64,000 nt of DNA from Bacteroidales bacterium (GCA_041686075.1 JAWLEO010000014.1:2627-66626); one strand, 5' to 3'. Positions 1-10,591 are shown, counted from the stretch's first letter. Notes: generated by a model not told the origin, from the letters alone. Translations and numbers: made by a program.

Positions 1-2877
1 ATTAAGAATCCCACTGATTATGGAGAGAACAAAGAAGAACAATTATATCATATTGCACTGGAACTTTCTATTACATGGATCAACCGGATTCTTTTTCTGA
101 AGCTGCTTGAAGGACAGTTAGTAAAATATAATAATGATGACAAATCCTATAAATTCCTTAATGTAAAGGTAATTCCTGATTACGATGCATTGAATAAACT
201 CTTCTTCCATGTTCTTGCAGTTAAAGAAAATGAAAGAAGTAAGCACGTAAGAGAAAATTACAAGAAGATACCTTATTTGAACAGTTCCTTATTTGAGCCT
301 AATGAACTTGAACACAAAACTATTCGGATTAGCAATCTTGAAGACGATTATAATCTACCTATTATTAGCGGTACAGTTTTAAAAGATAATACCGGAAAGA
401 AGAGAAACGGGAAAATAAATCCACTCGTTTACATCTTTGATTTCCTTGATGCCTATGATTTCTCAAGTGAAGGGTCAGAAGATATATCAGAAGAGAACAA
501 AACATTGATTAATGCGTCTGTATTGGGTCTTATTTTTGAAAAGATAAACGGTTATAAGGATGGATCATTCTTTACGCCAGGATTCATTACAATGTATATG
601 TGTCGTGAGACTATTCGAAGAGCTGTTGTACAGAAATTCAATGAAGCAAAAGACTGGAAATGTGAGAATCTTGATGATCTATATAATAGGATAGGAGATA
701 TTGACAAGAAAGAGGCAAATGCGATTATTAATAGTCTGAGGATCTGTGATCCAGCAGTTGGTTCAGGTCATTTCCTTGTTTCGGCACTTAATGAGATTAT
801 TACAATAAAATCTGAACTTAAGATCCTTGTGGATTCTAAAGGGAAAGTATTGAGGGACTATCACATTGAAGTTGAAAATGATGAATTAGCAATTACTGAT
901 GAAGACGGAAAGTTTTTTGAATATCACCCAAAGAATCCTGAAAGCCAGCGCATCCAGGAAGCTTTGTTCCATGAGAAGCAGACCATTATAGAAAACTGCC
1001 TTTTTGGTGTAGATATCAACCAGAATTCGGTAAAAATCTGCCGACTCAGGCTCTGGATCGAATTACTTAAGAATGCATACTATAAGCCAGATTCTGGATT
1101 TACTGAACTGGAGACACTTCCAAATATCGATATAAATATAAAGTATGGAAATTCACTTATAAGTCGTTATCCGCTAGATGCTGACATTAGAAAGGCTCTG
1201 AAAAAAAGTAAATGGACGATTGACAGCTATAGAATAGCTGTTATGACCTATAGGAATGCTGAAAATAAGGAAGAGAAAGCTTCCATGAGAAAGCTTATCG
1301 AGGAGATTAAGTCTGATTTCGAAAGCGAGGTTTCCAAGAGTGATAAACGTTTTTTAAGGCTAAATAAACTTAAGGGAGAATTACTGAATCTTACAGGCCA
1401 GCAGAATCTCTTTGAGATGGAAGGCAAGCAAAAAGCTGACTGGGAGAAAAAGGAGGCTAAAACTACCAAGGAGATCGACAAACTAGAAACTGAATTGGAT
1501 GAAATACAAAACAACAAGATTTACGAAAATGCCTTTGAATGGAGGTTTGAGTTTCCGGAAGTACTAAATGAAGAAGGGGATTTTTTGGGATTTGATGTTG
1601 TAATTGGGAATCCACCGTATATAAGACAAGAAGAAATAAAAGACAATAAAAGTTATTATCAATCCCAATATGAGAATTACTCTGGTGTTGCGGATATTTA
1701 TATTTATTTCATTGAAAGAGGAATTAATGTTCTACAAAAGAATGGAGAATTCATATATATTCTACCGAATAAATGGTTTCTTACAACATATGCAAAAAAC
1801 TTACGCAACTGGTTAAAAAACTTCACAATCAAATCAATCATCGATTTTGGTGATTTACCTGTTTTCGAGGAAGCTACAACATATCCTTGCATTTTGCATA
1901 TAAATAATTCAAAATCAATATCTAACACATTCAAGGCTGCTAAAGTTGATACATTAAAATTTAGTACAACTATAGAAGACTATATCTCAAATGAGATTTT
2001 TGAAGTAGACATAAATAACCTTCAAGATCAAGGTTGGCTGCTAGCTGATAAGAAGATTAAAGATCTTATAAATAAAATCCAATCAAATTCGATACCACTT
2101 GAAACCTATGTGGGTAAGTGCATTAATCGCGGAATCATAACTGGCTACAACAGAGCATTTATTATAGGTGATTCAGTCAAGAATATGCTAATCCATAAGG
2201 ATAGGAATAGTGGGGAAATAATATTTCCTTTCATTACTGGGAAAGATCTTAAGAGATATAAGAACCCAACAACAAATAGATATATTATATTCACTAGAAG
2301 AGGTATAGATATTAAAAAATACCCTGCTGTATATGAATACATTAAAGAGTTTAAAACGAAATTGTTACCAAAACCAAAAGACTGGAAGGGGACTAAATGG
2401 GAAGGAAGAAAGTCTGGAGTTTACAAATGGTATGAAATACAAGACTCCATTGATTATTATAAGGATTTTGAGAAACCTAAGATTCTGTATCCGAATATTT
2501 GTAGAAAACCTGAATTTACATTTGATAATCGTGGGCTGTATGCCAATCAAAAGTGCTTTATAATCCCAAAGTCAGATATGTTTCTATTGGGAATATTGAA
2601 TAGTAATGTTCATGCTTTCTTATATTCAGAGCTATTACCAAAACTTAGAGGTGGATTTTTTGAACCGAGTTACACATACTTGAAAGATTTTCCAATTCCA
2701 AAAGAGAAAAATGATTCTATAGAAGACCTTGTAAATAAGGTAATATTGCTATACAATTCAGACAATCAAGATGAAGTTTCGATAGTTGAAAATCAAATCA
2801 ATGAGATGGTATACCAAATATTTGGACTTTCTGAGGAAGAGATCAATATTATTGAAGAATATTTTCAGAAATTATAA
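1..2877 (+). CDS. Type IIG (Eco57I/TaqI-like) restriction-modification enzyme, N6-adenine MTase plus C-terminal TRD; 5'-truncated by the window edge
   Basis: Frame is open from base 1 (IKNPTDYGE...TWINRILFLKLLEG); motif I DPAVGSGHF, motif IV GNPPY, GSFFTP; TaqI_C-like tail (WYEIQDSIDYY...KPKILYP...LLGILNS). Confidence 0.9.
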   Translation: MKNPTDYGENKEEQLYHIALELSITWINRILFLKLLEGQLVKYNNDDKSYKFLNVKVIPDYDALNKLFFHVLAVKENERSKHVRENYKKIPYLNSSLFEPNELEHKTIRISNLEDDYNLPIISGTVLKDNTGKKRNGKINPLVYIFDFLDAYDFSSEGSEDISEENKTLINASVLGLIFEKINGYKDGSFFTPGFITMYMCRETIRRAVVQKFNEAKDWKCENLDDLYNRIGDIDKKEANAIINSLRICDPAVGSGHFLVSALNEIITIKSELKILVDSKGKVLRDYHIEVENDELAITDEDGKFFEYHPKNPESQRIQEALFHEKQTIIENCLFGVDINQNSVKICRLRLWIELLKNAYYKPDSGFTELETLPNIDINIKYGNSLISRYPLDADIRKALKKSKWTIDSYRIAVMTYRNAENKEEKASMRKLIEEIKSDFESEVSKSDKRFLRLNKLKGELLNLTGQQNLFEMEGKQKADWEKKEAKTTKEIDKLETELDEIQNNKIYENAFEWRFEFPEVLNEEGDFLGFDVVIGNPPYIRQEEIKDNKSYYQSQYENYSGVADIYIYFIERGINVLQKNGEFIYILPNKWFLTTYAKNLRNWLKNFTIKSIIDFGDLPVFEEATTYPCILHINNSKSISNTFKAAKVDTLKFSTTIEDYISNEIFEVDINNLQDQGWLLADKKIKDLINKIQSNSIPLETYVGKCINRGIITGYNRAFIIGDSVKNMLIHKDRNSGEIIFPFITGKDLKRYKNPTTNRYIIFTRRGIDIKKYPAVYEYIKEFKTKLLPKPKDWKGTKWEGRKSGVYKWYEIQDSIDYYKDFEKPKILYPNICRKPEFTFDNRGLYANQKCFIIPKSDMFLLGILNSNVHAFLYSELLPKLRGGFFEPSYTYLKDFPIPKEKNDSIEDLVNKVILLYNSDNQDEVSIVENQINEMVYQIFGLSEEEINIIEEYFQKL

Positions 2878-2954
2878 TCAGTTGAACATCGCACTATGTA
2901 ACCCGATAAGATTTCTAAGTAAAGCCATCAACACTTCCGTCAACACTCCAAAGC

Positions 2955-2986
2955 AAAAATCCCGCAAGTCATTGACTATGCGGGAT
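2955..2986 (-). terminator. Intrinsic terminator downstream of tRNA-Phe
   Basis: Stem ATCCCGCA-AGTCA/TGACT-A-TGCGGGAT followed by a T-run on the minus strand. Confidence 0.65.
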
Positions 2987-3002
2987 CTGCGATTTAAGAG
3001 TG

Positions 3003-3075
3003 TGGTGCCACCTGGAATTGAACCAGGGACACCAGGATTTTCAGTCCTGTGCTCTACCAACTGAGCTATGGCACC
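3003..3075 (-). tRNA. tRNA-Phe (GAA)
   Basis: Reverse complement GGTGCCATAGCTCAGTTGGTAGAGCACAGGACTGAAAATCCTGGTGTCCCTGGTTCAATTCCAGGTGGCACCA folds as a cloverleaf; CCA not encoded. Confidence 0.97.
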
Positions 3076-3089
3076 AACTTTTCGGATTG

Positions 3090-3097
3090 CAAATATA
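3090..3097 (-). promoter_or_regulatory. Bacteroidota -7 box for tRNA-Phe
   Basis: TATATTTG (TAnnTTTG consensus) about 15 nt upstream of the tRNA. Confidence 0.6.
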
Positions 3098-3206
3098 ATC
3101 CGCATTTTCCATTATGGCAAAAAAATAATTCACCTTTTTTAACTGCCTTAGTGCAATATACTTAAAATAATTTTGATAAAGGTTTTATCTTGTGCCCGCC
3201 ATAAAC

Positions 3207-3214
3207 TAACTTTG
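3207..3214 (+). promoter_or_regulatory. Bacteroidota -7 box for the M16 peptidase operon
   Basis: TAACTTTG about 20 nt before the ATG. Confidence 0.6.
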
Positions 3215-3233
3215 CAGCTATATTCTATTATAT

Positions 3234-4457
3234 ATGAATTTATTACATCATACATTGCCCAATGGCATAAGACTGGTACATAAGGCCGTTCCCAATATGA
3301 TAGCCCATGCCGGCGTCATAATGAATACAGGCTCAAGGGATGAAAAGGAAGAAGAACACGGTATGGCCCATTTCGTGGAACATATGATGTTCAAGGGTAC
3401 TCGCAAAAGAAAAACATACCATATCTTAAGCAGCCTTGAAGACCGGGGCGGCGAACTGAATGCATATACCACAAAAGAAGAAACAGCCATATACGGTTCA
3501 TTCCTTAAACATGACTATAACAAGGCCTTCGATATCATAAGCGATATAATCTTTAATTCAACATTTCCTGAAAAAGAAATACAGAAAGAAAAAGAGGTTA
3601 TAATAGAAGAGATAAACTCATACCGGGATACACCATCAGAACTTATCTTTGACGATTTTGAAGAGATGATTTACGCCGGCGCACCGATAGGAAGAAGTAT
3701 TCTGGGTTCGGAAAAATCACTTCGCAATTTTAACCGAAACATGATCAATGGCTTTATAAATGATAATTATGACCCGGCCGGGATGGTTGTCTGCTCAGTT
3801 GGTAACATAAAAGAAAAGCAACTGTTGAAACTCTTTGAGAAATATTTCGGTGACACCCCGCTGAAAAAGACGGATAGAGAAAGAATAGCATTCAGTGATT
3901 ATACACCCGAACAAAAAATCGTGAGTAAAAATACGTGGCAGGACCATTGTATAATAGGGAATCTTGCATATAATGTAAAGGATAAAAGACGCCTCGCCAT
4001 GTTCCTGCTTAATAATTTACTGGGAGGCCAGGGACTGAACTCACGCCTAAACATGTCTATGAGGGAAAAAAACGGCTTTGCCTATAATGTGGAATCCAAT
4101 TATATCCCTTATTGTGACAGCGGTGTATTTATGATATACTTCGGGACGGACGTAAAGAACCGTGATAAGAGCATTAATACAGCAATGAAAGAACTGAAGC
4201 GCCTGCGGGATCATAAACTGGGCAAAGCACAATTGCAGAAAGCAAAAAACCAGATTAAAGGAAATATAGCCAGGGGAAGGGAAATACATGAAAACCTCAT
4301 GCTCGCAATGGGAAAAAACATACTCCTCTTTGACAGGATGGAATCATTGGAAACACTATACGAAAAAATCGACCTACTCTCTTCATCAGACCTGATAGAA
4401 ATAGCTAACGAGGTATTTGCCGAAAATATGCTTTCCTCGCTTATTTACAGTAAATAA
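3234..4457 (+). CDS. M16 (pitrilysin/insulinase) family zinc peptidase
   Basis: Inverted zinc motif HFVEH in GSRDE...GMAHFVEHMMFKGT; LNAYT. Confidence 0.93.
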   Translation: MNLLHHTLPNGIRLVHKAVPNMIAHAGVIMNTGSRDEKEEEHGMAHFVEHMMFKGTRKRKTYHILSSLEDRGGELNAYTTKEETAIYGSFLKHDYNKAFDIISDIIFNSTFPEKEIQKEKEVIIEEINSYRDTPSELIFDDFEEMIYAGAPIGRSILGSEKSLRNFNRNMINGFINDNYDPAGMVVCSVGNIKEKQLLKLFEKYFGDTPLKKTDRERIAFSDYTPEQKIVSKNTWQDHCIIGNLAYNVKDKRRLAMFLLNNLLGGQGLNSRLNMSMREKNGFAYNVESNYIPYCDSGVFMIYFGTDVKNRDKSINTAMKELKRLRDHKLGKAQLQKAKNQIKGNIARGREIHENLMLAMGKNILLFDRMESLETLYEKIDLLSSSDLIEIANEVFAENMLSSLIYSK

Positions 4458-5086
4458 TGGACATCGATATCGAGAAATATATACTTGAGATCAGCTCACC
4501 CGAAGATGATATCCTGCATGAACTTTACAGGAAAACACATACATCGCTTATCAACCCCCATATGATCTCCGGTCACCTGCAGGGCAAGCTGCTTGAAATG
4601 ATAGTGAGGATGATCAGACCTTCACTTGTCCTCGAGATAGGAACATATACAGGTTATTCCGCGATAAGCATGGCCAGGGGACTGACCGGCGGAGCCATGC
4701 TGCACACCATTGAGATCAATGATGAACTGGGGGATATCTGCAGGGAATATTTCCGTAAAGCAGGACTGGAAGACAAAATAGTGCTTCATACAGGTGATGC
4801 ACTTGAGGTAATGAAAGAAATGAAGCTGTCGTTTGACCTGATATTTATCGATGGTGATAAAAGACAGTATCCGCAATACTATGAGCTTGCATTAGACATG
4901 CTTAATGAAAATTCTTATATCCTTGCCGATAATGTATTGTGGGATGGTAAGGTCGTGGACCCCGCCGATAATGACTCTATGACAGAAGGTATCCGGGAAT
5001 TCAACCGTATGGTAAAAGAAGACCGGCGCGTCGAAAAAATAATAATCCCTGCAAGGGACGGCCTGATGATTGTCCGTAAACTTTAA
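4457..5086 (+). CDS. O-methyltransferase (Methyltransf_3, TrmR/CCoAOMT-like)
   Basis: VLEIGTYTGYS SAM motif, FDLIFIDGDK, ADNVLWDG; TAATG overlap with the upstream gene. Confidence 0.9.
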   Translation: MDIDIEKYILEISSPEDDILHELYRKTHTSLINPHMISGHLQGKLLEMIVRMIRPSLVLEIGTYTGYSAISMARGLTGGAMLHTIEINDELGDICREYFRKAGLEDKIVLHTGDALEVMKEMKLSFDLIFIDGDKRQYPQYYELALDMLNENSYILADNVLWDGKVVDPADNDSMTEGIREFNRMVKEDRRVEKIIIPARDGLMIVRKL

Positions 5087-5090
5087 TTCA

Positions 5091-5300
5091 CTATTTTTCA
5101 GGTTCGGGAGATTCCAGCTCCCCGGTTATCTCTTTTATCCTGATAGCATTGATCTCTTTTGATACCGTTGTAAGATTCATCATAATGGTCTTATACTCAG
5201 GGTATTTCCTGTATTTCTCCCTCATGGTGTACATGATGTTCAAAACCATCTTCTGAAGATTTTCGCTGGTGTCAAATTGTTTATCACTTTCAGATGCCAT
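5091..5300 (-). CDS. Small hypothetical protein
   Basis: 69-aa ORF with a TATCTTTG -7 box about 40 nt upstream (5341-5348). Confidence 0.55.
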   Translation of the reverse strand: MASESDKQFDTSENLQKMVLNIMYTMREKYRKYPEYKTIMMNLTTVSKEINAIRIKEITGELESPEPEK

Positions 5301-5458
5301 TTTCCTGCTTTTTAGTATTTGTTCAAAAATATCCGGCTTGCAAAGATAATATAATATACTAAAATCAGTGGTACAGTTTTTGCTCCACCCTAAACAGAGG
5401 GGTCAGGATTTATCACGGATTGCTTTTATCCGGCCCACAAAATCAAAAAGCAATAATT

Positions 5459-6019
5459 ATGGAGATAAAAAGAATATGGAGGATATTAGTGCTTGCGTCC
5501 ATGGCACTGATCATAACATCGGGCTTATCAGCCCAATACTACCAGGCAACAACGAAATCAGTAACCAGGCTTTTTGGCGACAAGGGAAATGCCAGCTCCG
5601 TCATAGCATATATAAAAGCAGATACAACTCTTGATGTGCTGGTTGTGGAAAAGGAATATCTTAAAGTCATTTATGGTGAATCTGAGGGATGGATACCCAC
5701 CGAAAAAGTTACTCTAAGGAATACAGAAGGCGAGATACTGCAGGTCGGTGAACAGGCCCAACAAGCTATTGAACAGGAACAGCCTGTTGACAGGAAGGAA
5801 ATGCTGATCAACAAGTATGGCTCAAAAGTGGGCCAGGCCATCTATGAGCATAAGATATGGAAAGGCATGGATAATGACATGGTCTTCGACAGCTGGGGTA
5901 AGCCCCTCAAGGTAGACAGGATAATCAAGGGATCAAACATACAGGAAAGGTGGATCTACACCGAATCATACGTCATATTTGATGACGACGTCCTGGTTGA
6001 GTGGGGACCGGTGAGATAG
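5459..6019 (+). CDS. Secreted protein with SH3b-like domain
   Basis: Likely ATG at 5459 (MEIKRIWRILVLASMALII.. signal peptide); YLKVIYGESEGWIP is SH3-like; C-terminal KIWKGM...SWGKP. Confidence 0.65.
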   Translation: MEIKRIWRILVLASMALIITSGLSAQYYQATTKSVTRLFGDKGNASSVIAYIKADTTLDVLVVEKEYLKVIYGESEGWIPTEKVTLRNTEGEILQVGEQAQQAIEQEQPVDRKEMLINKYGSKVGQAIYEHKIWKGMDNDMVFDSWGKPLKVDRIIKGSNIQERWIYTESYVIFDDDVLVEWGPVR

Positions 6020-6110
6020 TTGATGGGTTCTGGTTAGCTGGGTAACTGGATAAGTCTTTATTTGATTTTTATATTCAAATGATCTATATTTATATCCAAA
6101 CCCGCTTAAG

Positions 6111-7991
6111 ATGCCTGATAAACCTCAAAACTTCTGGCAGGAGCTAAAACGCAGGAAAGTAATCCGTGTCATAATAGGATATGCCGCAGCTTCCTATGTG
6201 ATCCTGGAACTTATCTCAATCATTGCCGAACCATTCGGGCTGCCCGGCTGGACCCTCAAACTTGTATTTGTGCTTCTGTGTGTGGGCTTTATTATTTCCG
6301 TTGTCATTTCATGGTTATATGATATTACCCCCGAAGGAGTAAAGAAGACAAAACCGGCAAAGAGTGGTGTTGAAAAAGAAAAAGTTTCAAAAGCCGGTAA
6401 AAGAGGACTTAGGACAAGTGATATTATTATTGCGGTCTTACTGATAGCAGTTATAGTCCTGGTTTACCCAAAAATATTCAAACCTGATAAAATAAAACAG
6501 CTCCGGCAGAAAGGTGAAATTTCAATTGCCGTGATGCCCTTTCAGAACCTGACCGGCGATACCCTGAAGAATTTCTGGCAGCTTGTGGTACAGGAAGGCC
6601 TGATAAATACTCTGACAAATTCAGAAGAACTCAAAGTAAGGCAGACTGAATCGACCTATGCGCTTCTTCAAAATACTGATCTCAGCAATTATGCATCACT
6701 GTCGCCTTCTCTTGCCAGCAACATCTCAAAAAAACTGGATGCAGGGATTTTTATACATGGAAGCATAAGCCAGGTCGGTACAAAGATAAGGCTGAACGCA
6801 AAGCTGATCGATTCAGAAACAGAAGAAGTTTTTAAGTCCTTTCAGATCGATGGCACCCCGGAAAATATCCTGAATGTAACAGATTCCCTCTCACGGATGT
6901 TAAAGGATTATCTTATTATCTCTGTCCTCGAAAAGGAATTATCACATGAACTTATACATTACCTGTCATCAACAAAATCTGCTGAGGCAGTAAAGTATTT
7001 CATTGAAGGCAATTTGGCATTTTACAATAGGGATTATACTGGCTCGAGGGAACTTTTTTATAAGGCACTTGATGCTGACTCGAACTTTGTCGCCCCTATG
7101 GTTAAATTGGCTGTTGCATATGGGAACCAGGGTATTTATGAAGAAGCTAAAGAATGGAGCCTTAAAGCCTGGGAAAAGAGAGACCGGATTTCAAGACTGG
7201 AGAAGCTATATACCGGATGGGTCTACAACCTCTATTACGGCGATCCATATGAAGAATTAAAATACATGAGACAAATCATTGAGCTTGATGACCAGATTGC
7301 AGGAGCTTATTATATTCTTGGAATTAATTACAACCAATTATATCAGTATAACAAGGCAATACCTGAATTTGAAAGAGCCCTGGAGCTTTATGCTAAATGG
7401 GACATAAAACCTTTATGGATTTATAATTATACAGCCCTGGGGGAAGCATATCACAAAACAGGGCAGTACAGGAAAGAAAAAAGACTCTATAAAAAAGCTG
7501 AAAAAGACTTCCCCGGTGACCCTGCCCTGCTTTCCATGCAAGCGACACTGGCATTAATTACGGGTAAAACAAAGGAAGCAGATGAATACATTGACAGATA
7601 TGCTACTTCACTGGAAGAAAGATCATACTCTGAAGCAGCGATAGCCTCAATCCTTGGAAGGATTTATCTACGGGCAGGTATGCTCCGGAAGGCAGAAAAA
7701 AAGTACCGCGAAGCACTTTCATTACAGCCCGGGAGTGCCACCAGGATGAATGACCTGGCATATATCCTGATTGATAAGGAAATAAATATTGAGGAGGGCC
7801 TTGAACTGGTTGAAAAAGCACTTTCTGTGGATCCTGACAATTACCAATACCTGGATTGTAAAGGCTGGGGCCTGTACAAGCAGGGGAATTATAAAGAGGC
7901 AGTTAAGTTCCTTGAAAAAAGCTGGGAACTGAAACCTGTGTATGACCACGAAATATATCTTCATCTCGAGGCAGCAAAAAAGGCTTTTTAG
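6111..7991 (+). CDS. Membrane-anchored TolB-N/FlgO-like + TPR protein (paralog 1)
   Basis: ELKRRKVIRV lead, three hydrophobic segments, SIAVMPFQNLT motif, multiple TPR repeats, C-terminal YLDCKGWGLYKQG. Confidence 0.85.
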   Translation: MPDKPQNFWQELKRRKVIRVIIGYAAASYVILELISIIAEPFGLPGWTLKLVFVLLCVGFIISVVISWLYDITPEGVKKTKPAKSGVEKEKVSKAGKRGLRTSDIIIAVLLIAVIVLVYPKIFKPDKIKQLRQKGEISIAVMPFQNLTGDTLKNFWQLVVQEGLINTLTNSEELKVRQTESTYALLQNTDLSNYASLSPSLASNISKKLDAGIFIHGSISQVGTKIRLNAKLIDSETEEVFKSFQIDGTPENILNVTDSLSRMLKDYLIISVLEKELSHELIHYLSSTKSAEAVKYFIEGNLAFYNRDYTGSRELFYKALDADSNFVAPMVKLAVAYGNQGIYEEAKEWSLKAWEKRDRISRLEKLYTGWVYNLYYGDPYEELKYMRQIIELDDQIAGAYYILGINYNQLYQYNKAIPEFERALELYAKWDIKPLWIYNYTALGEAYHKTGQYRKEKRLYKKAEKDFPGDPALLSMQATLALITGKTKEADEYIDRYATSLEERSYSEAAIASILGRIYLRAGMLRKAEKKYREALSLQPGSATRMNDLAYILIDKEINIEEGLELVEKALSVDPDNYQYLDCKGWGLYKQGNYKEAVKFLEKSWELKPVYDHEIYLHLEAAKKAF

Positions 7992-8261
7992 AATAATTGT
8001 CTGAGATCCTCCTCTCCCCCCACACAGGTCCTATCCCACCCTGTAACTGGTAGCGATACCATTTCTGCCCCCAGTGCTTACCATAGCAGATTCCCACTTT
8101 TGGTGACATATTCCTCTTCCCCAAAGATTCTAAACTCTTCAAAGAATGTGTACGCAGCAGAAAAAATTTGGTTTAAAAATTTAATCTTTGCATATTGGTA
8201 ATATAATATTTTGTATATTTGTAATATTCACTTGTGTATAATAGTATTATAAACTAAGAAA

Positions 8262-9467
8262 ATGATACTGAAAAGTAACCTTAAAAAAGTACTCTTAAAG
8301 CAGCAGGAGGACCTTCAGCGCGACCTCGGAGTGGAGCGTGAAAAGAAGGTAAAGATATTACCGAAGCATGCTACAATAATCTCGGGGGTGAGAAGGTGTG
8401 GTAAATCAACTCTGGCCAGACAGTATTTGAAAGATACCTCACCTGTATTCTACATTAGGTTCGAAGACATTAACCTTACGGGATTTGAATTACGTGATTT
8501 TCTAAAAGCTGAAGAAATTTTCAGGGAGATATCGGAAGGGAAAGGTATTTGGTTTTTTGATGAGATACAAAATATTGCAGGTTGGGAAAAGTATGTCAGG
8601 CAACTTGTTGACAGGGGAGATAAAGTTATCATTACGGGCAGCAATGCCAATATGCTGAGTCGCGAACTGGGAACGAAACTCACGGGAAGGCAACTCTCCA
8701 CAGAGCTATATCCTTTCTCTTATGCCGAATTTCTTAAGCTTCGAAAAAAGAAGCACTCGATATCATTATTTGATGAATACCTGGGAGGCGGAGGCTTCCC
8801 GGAATACCTGAAATCAAATGATAAAGAGATCTTAAGGAACCTGTTACAGGATATATTCTACAGGGATATTATGCAACGCAATGAGTTAAGGAGTGAAACT
8901 TCAATAAAAATCCTACTTCACCATGCTATTTCAAATATCGGGAAATTAAGCTCTTATCATAAATTGAAGGATCTGATTGATGTAGGATCGGTGAATAGTG
9001 TCAGTCAGTTCATAAATCATTATGAGGCAGCATATGTTTTGTTTGAGGTCAGGAAATATGATTATTCACTCAGAAAGCAAATGGTGAATTCTAAAAAATT
9101 GTATTGTATTGACAATGGGCTAATCAACCAAAATGCTTTTTCTTTCAGTGAAAACAGGGGGAGGATGCTTGAAAACCTTGTTTTCCTGCAGTTAAAAAGG
9201 GAAAATAAGGAAGTATTTTATCATAAAGGTAAGAAAGAATGTGATTTTGTCATTAAGCAGGGCTCCCGGATAAAAGAGGCCATACAGGTTTGTTATGAGT
9301 TGAATACAGATAATGAAGAGCGTGAGATAGAAGGCCTTCTCGAAGCAATGAAACTTCATGGCCTTAAGGAAGCTTTGCTTCTTACTCATAATGAAGAAGA
9401 TAAACTGAAGATAAATTCAGGCCTTATAAGGATTCTACCGGTATGGAAATGGATTTTGAAATTTTAG
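8262..9467 (+). CDS. AAA_14 ATPase with DUF4143 (PD-(D/E)xK-like) C-terminus
   Basis: Walker A GVRRCGKS, FFDEIQ, ITGSN, GGFPE, KLYCIDNG, ECDFV. Confidence 0.88.
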   Translation: MILKSNLKKVLLKQQEDLQRDLGVEREKKVKILPKHATIISGVRRCGKSTLARQYLKDTSPVFYIRFEDINLTGFELRDFLKAEEIFREISEGKGIWFFDEIQNIAGWEKYVRQLVDRGDKVIITGSNANMLSRELGTKLTGRQLSTELYPFSYAEFLKLRKKKHSISLFDEYLGGGGFPEYLKSNDKEILRNLLQDIFYRDIMQRNELRSETSIKILLHHAISNIGKLSSYHKLKDLIDVGSVNSVSQFINHYEAAYVLFEVRKYDYSLRKQMVNSKKLYCIDNGLINQNAFSFSENRGRMLENLVFLQLKRENKEVFYHKGKKECDFVIKQGSRIKEAIQVCYELNTDNEEREIEGLLEAMKLHGLKEALLLTHNEEDKLKINSGLIRILPVWKWILKF

Positions 9468-9504
9468 CGGGGAAAAGATGGCTCCTTATCGCTCCGGTCA
9501 GCAT

Positions 9505-9850
9505 GCGGCAAAGAGCGCAGAGCACAGAGCACAGAGATGAGCCCTTCGATGCGGCCTGCCCTTCGACCCTTCGACAAGCTCAGGGCAGACAAGCTCAGGG
9601 CTAGCGGCCTTACTCAGGACAAGCGGTGAGCGGTGAGCGGTGTGAGCGTAGAACGCAGAGCGTAAAGCGTAAAGCGTAAAGCGTAAAGCGGGGAGATGAG
9701 ATTAAGGGTTTGATTGTTTGAATGAAGGATCCCCCACACCCCCTCGCCTCCTCGCGGAGGAAGGGGTGGAATGCTTTTATCCCCGGAACTTTGTCACAGA
9801 ACACGAACCGAGCTCATGAGCTTTAGCGAGTAAACCCGGAACTCAATGAC
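9505..9850. repeat. REP-like palindrome and short tandem repeat cluster
   Basis: (AGAGCAC)n, CCCTTCGACAAGCTCAGGG, (GCGGTGA)n, (GCGTAAA)x4, GC hairpin CCCC..CCTCC/GGAGG..GGGG, ATCCCCGGAACTTTGTC. Confidence 0.7.
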
Positions 9851-9891
9851 CTCAAAGCAAAAATAATATATACCTATATAATACACTTTTA

Positions 9892-9917
9892 ATATATACT
9901 TATAATGTATATATTTG
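9892..9917 (+). promoter_or_regulatory. TA operon operator palindrome overlapping the -7 box
   Basis: ATATATAC-N7-GTATATAT overlapping TATATTTG. Confidence 0.5.
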
Positions 9918-9936
9918 TAGTATATAATACTGTATC

Positions 9937-10167
9937 ATGAAAACAATATCCCTTAAAATAGACGATTCAATTTTCATAGAAACCGAAAAGATACTGTCAA
10001 GGATAAAGAAACCCAGGAACAGGTATATTAATGAAGCACTGGATCATTATAACCGCTTACAGAAACGCATGATCCTTGAGGATAAACTCAGGAAAGAATC
10101 CGATGTGGTCAGGGAAGATTCGATGGATGTGCTCAGGGACTTCGAAGATATTGATTATGTTGATTAA
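9937..10167 (+). CDS. Antitoxin (RHH-like)
   Basis: MKTISLKIDD beta-strand start, RNRYINEAL helix, acidic tail; overlaps the toxin start. Confidence 0.75.
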   Translation: MKTISLKIDDSIFIETEKILSRIKKPRNRYINEALDHYNRLQKRMILEDKLRKESDVVREDSMDVLRDFEDIDYVD

Positions 10168-10504
10168 GAAATACGATATCTGGATAGCTGACCTGAGTCC
10201 CAGGATCGGTACCGAACCGGGTAAAAAGAGGCCTGTTCTTGTCATTCAGACCGATTTGCTTAACAATATATCCCATCCGTCAACCATTATTTGTCCAATA
10301 ACAACAAGGGTAAAGAAAAAGGTGGACATATTACGGGTGCATATCAAAAAGGGTACTGCACAGCTGAGCCGCGATTGTGATATCATGATTAACCAGCTAA
10401 GGGCAATAGATAACAGGCGGCTTGTGAGGAAGCTTGGCACCCTGCCGCACATTCAAACGGAAAAGGTCAGGGAAAACCTCCGCATTTTACTGGACCTGGA
10501 GTAA
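10157..10504 (+). CDS. mazF: PemK/MazF family toxin
   Basis: Likely start 10157 (MLIKKYDIWIADL); GTEPGKKRPVLVIQ, IICPITT, QLRAIDNRRL. Confidence 0.88.
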   Translation: MLIKKYDIWIADLSPRIGTEPGKKRPVLVIQTDLLNNISHPSTIICPITTRVKKKVDILRVHIKKGTAQLSRDCDIMINQLRAIDNRRLVRKLGTLPHIQTEKVRENLRILLDLE

Positions 10505-10591
10505 GATTGAAGAATTAAGTTTTGAAACCTATTAATAGTACAATATTGCATTTATATTGCATATTTGTACTAATTATGTTATATTTGAGGT

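Noticed and set aside
2786-3105. ORFs across tRNA-Phe (likewise 25894-26145 and 26402-26689 across tRNA-Leu/Gly)
   Set aside because: Shadow translations of tRNA genes and palindromes.
7995-8160. Possible gene remnant on the minus strand after TPR paralog 1
   Set aside because: The 79-aa ORF overlaps paralog 1 and the alternative frame has stops; no recognisable motif.
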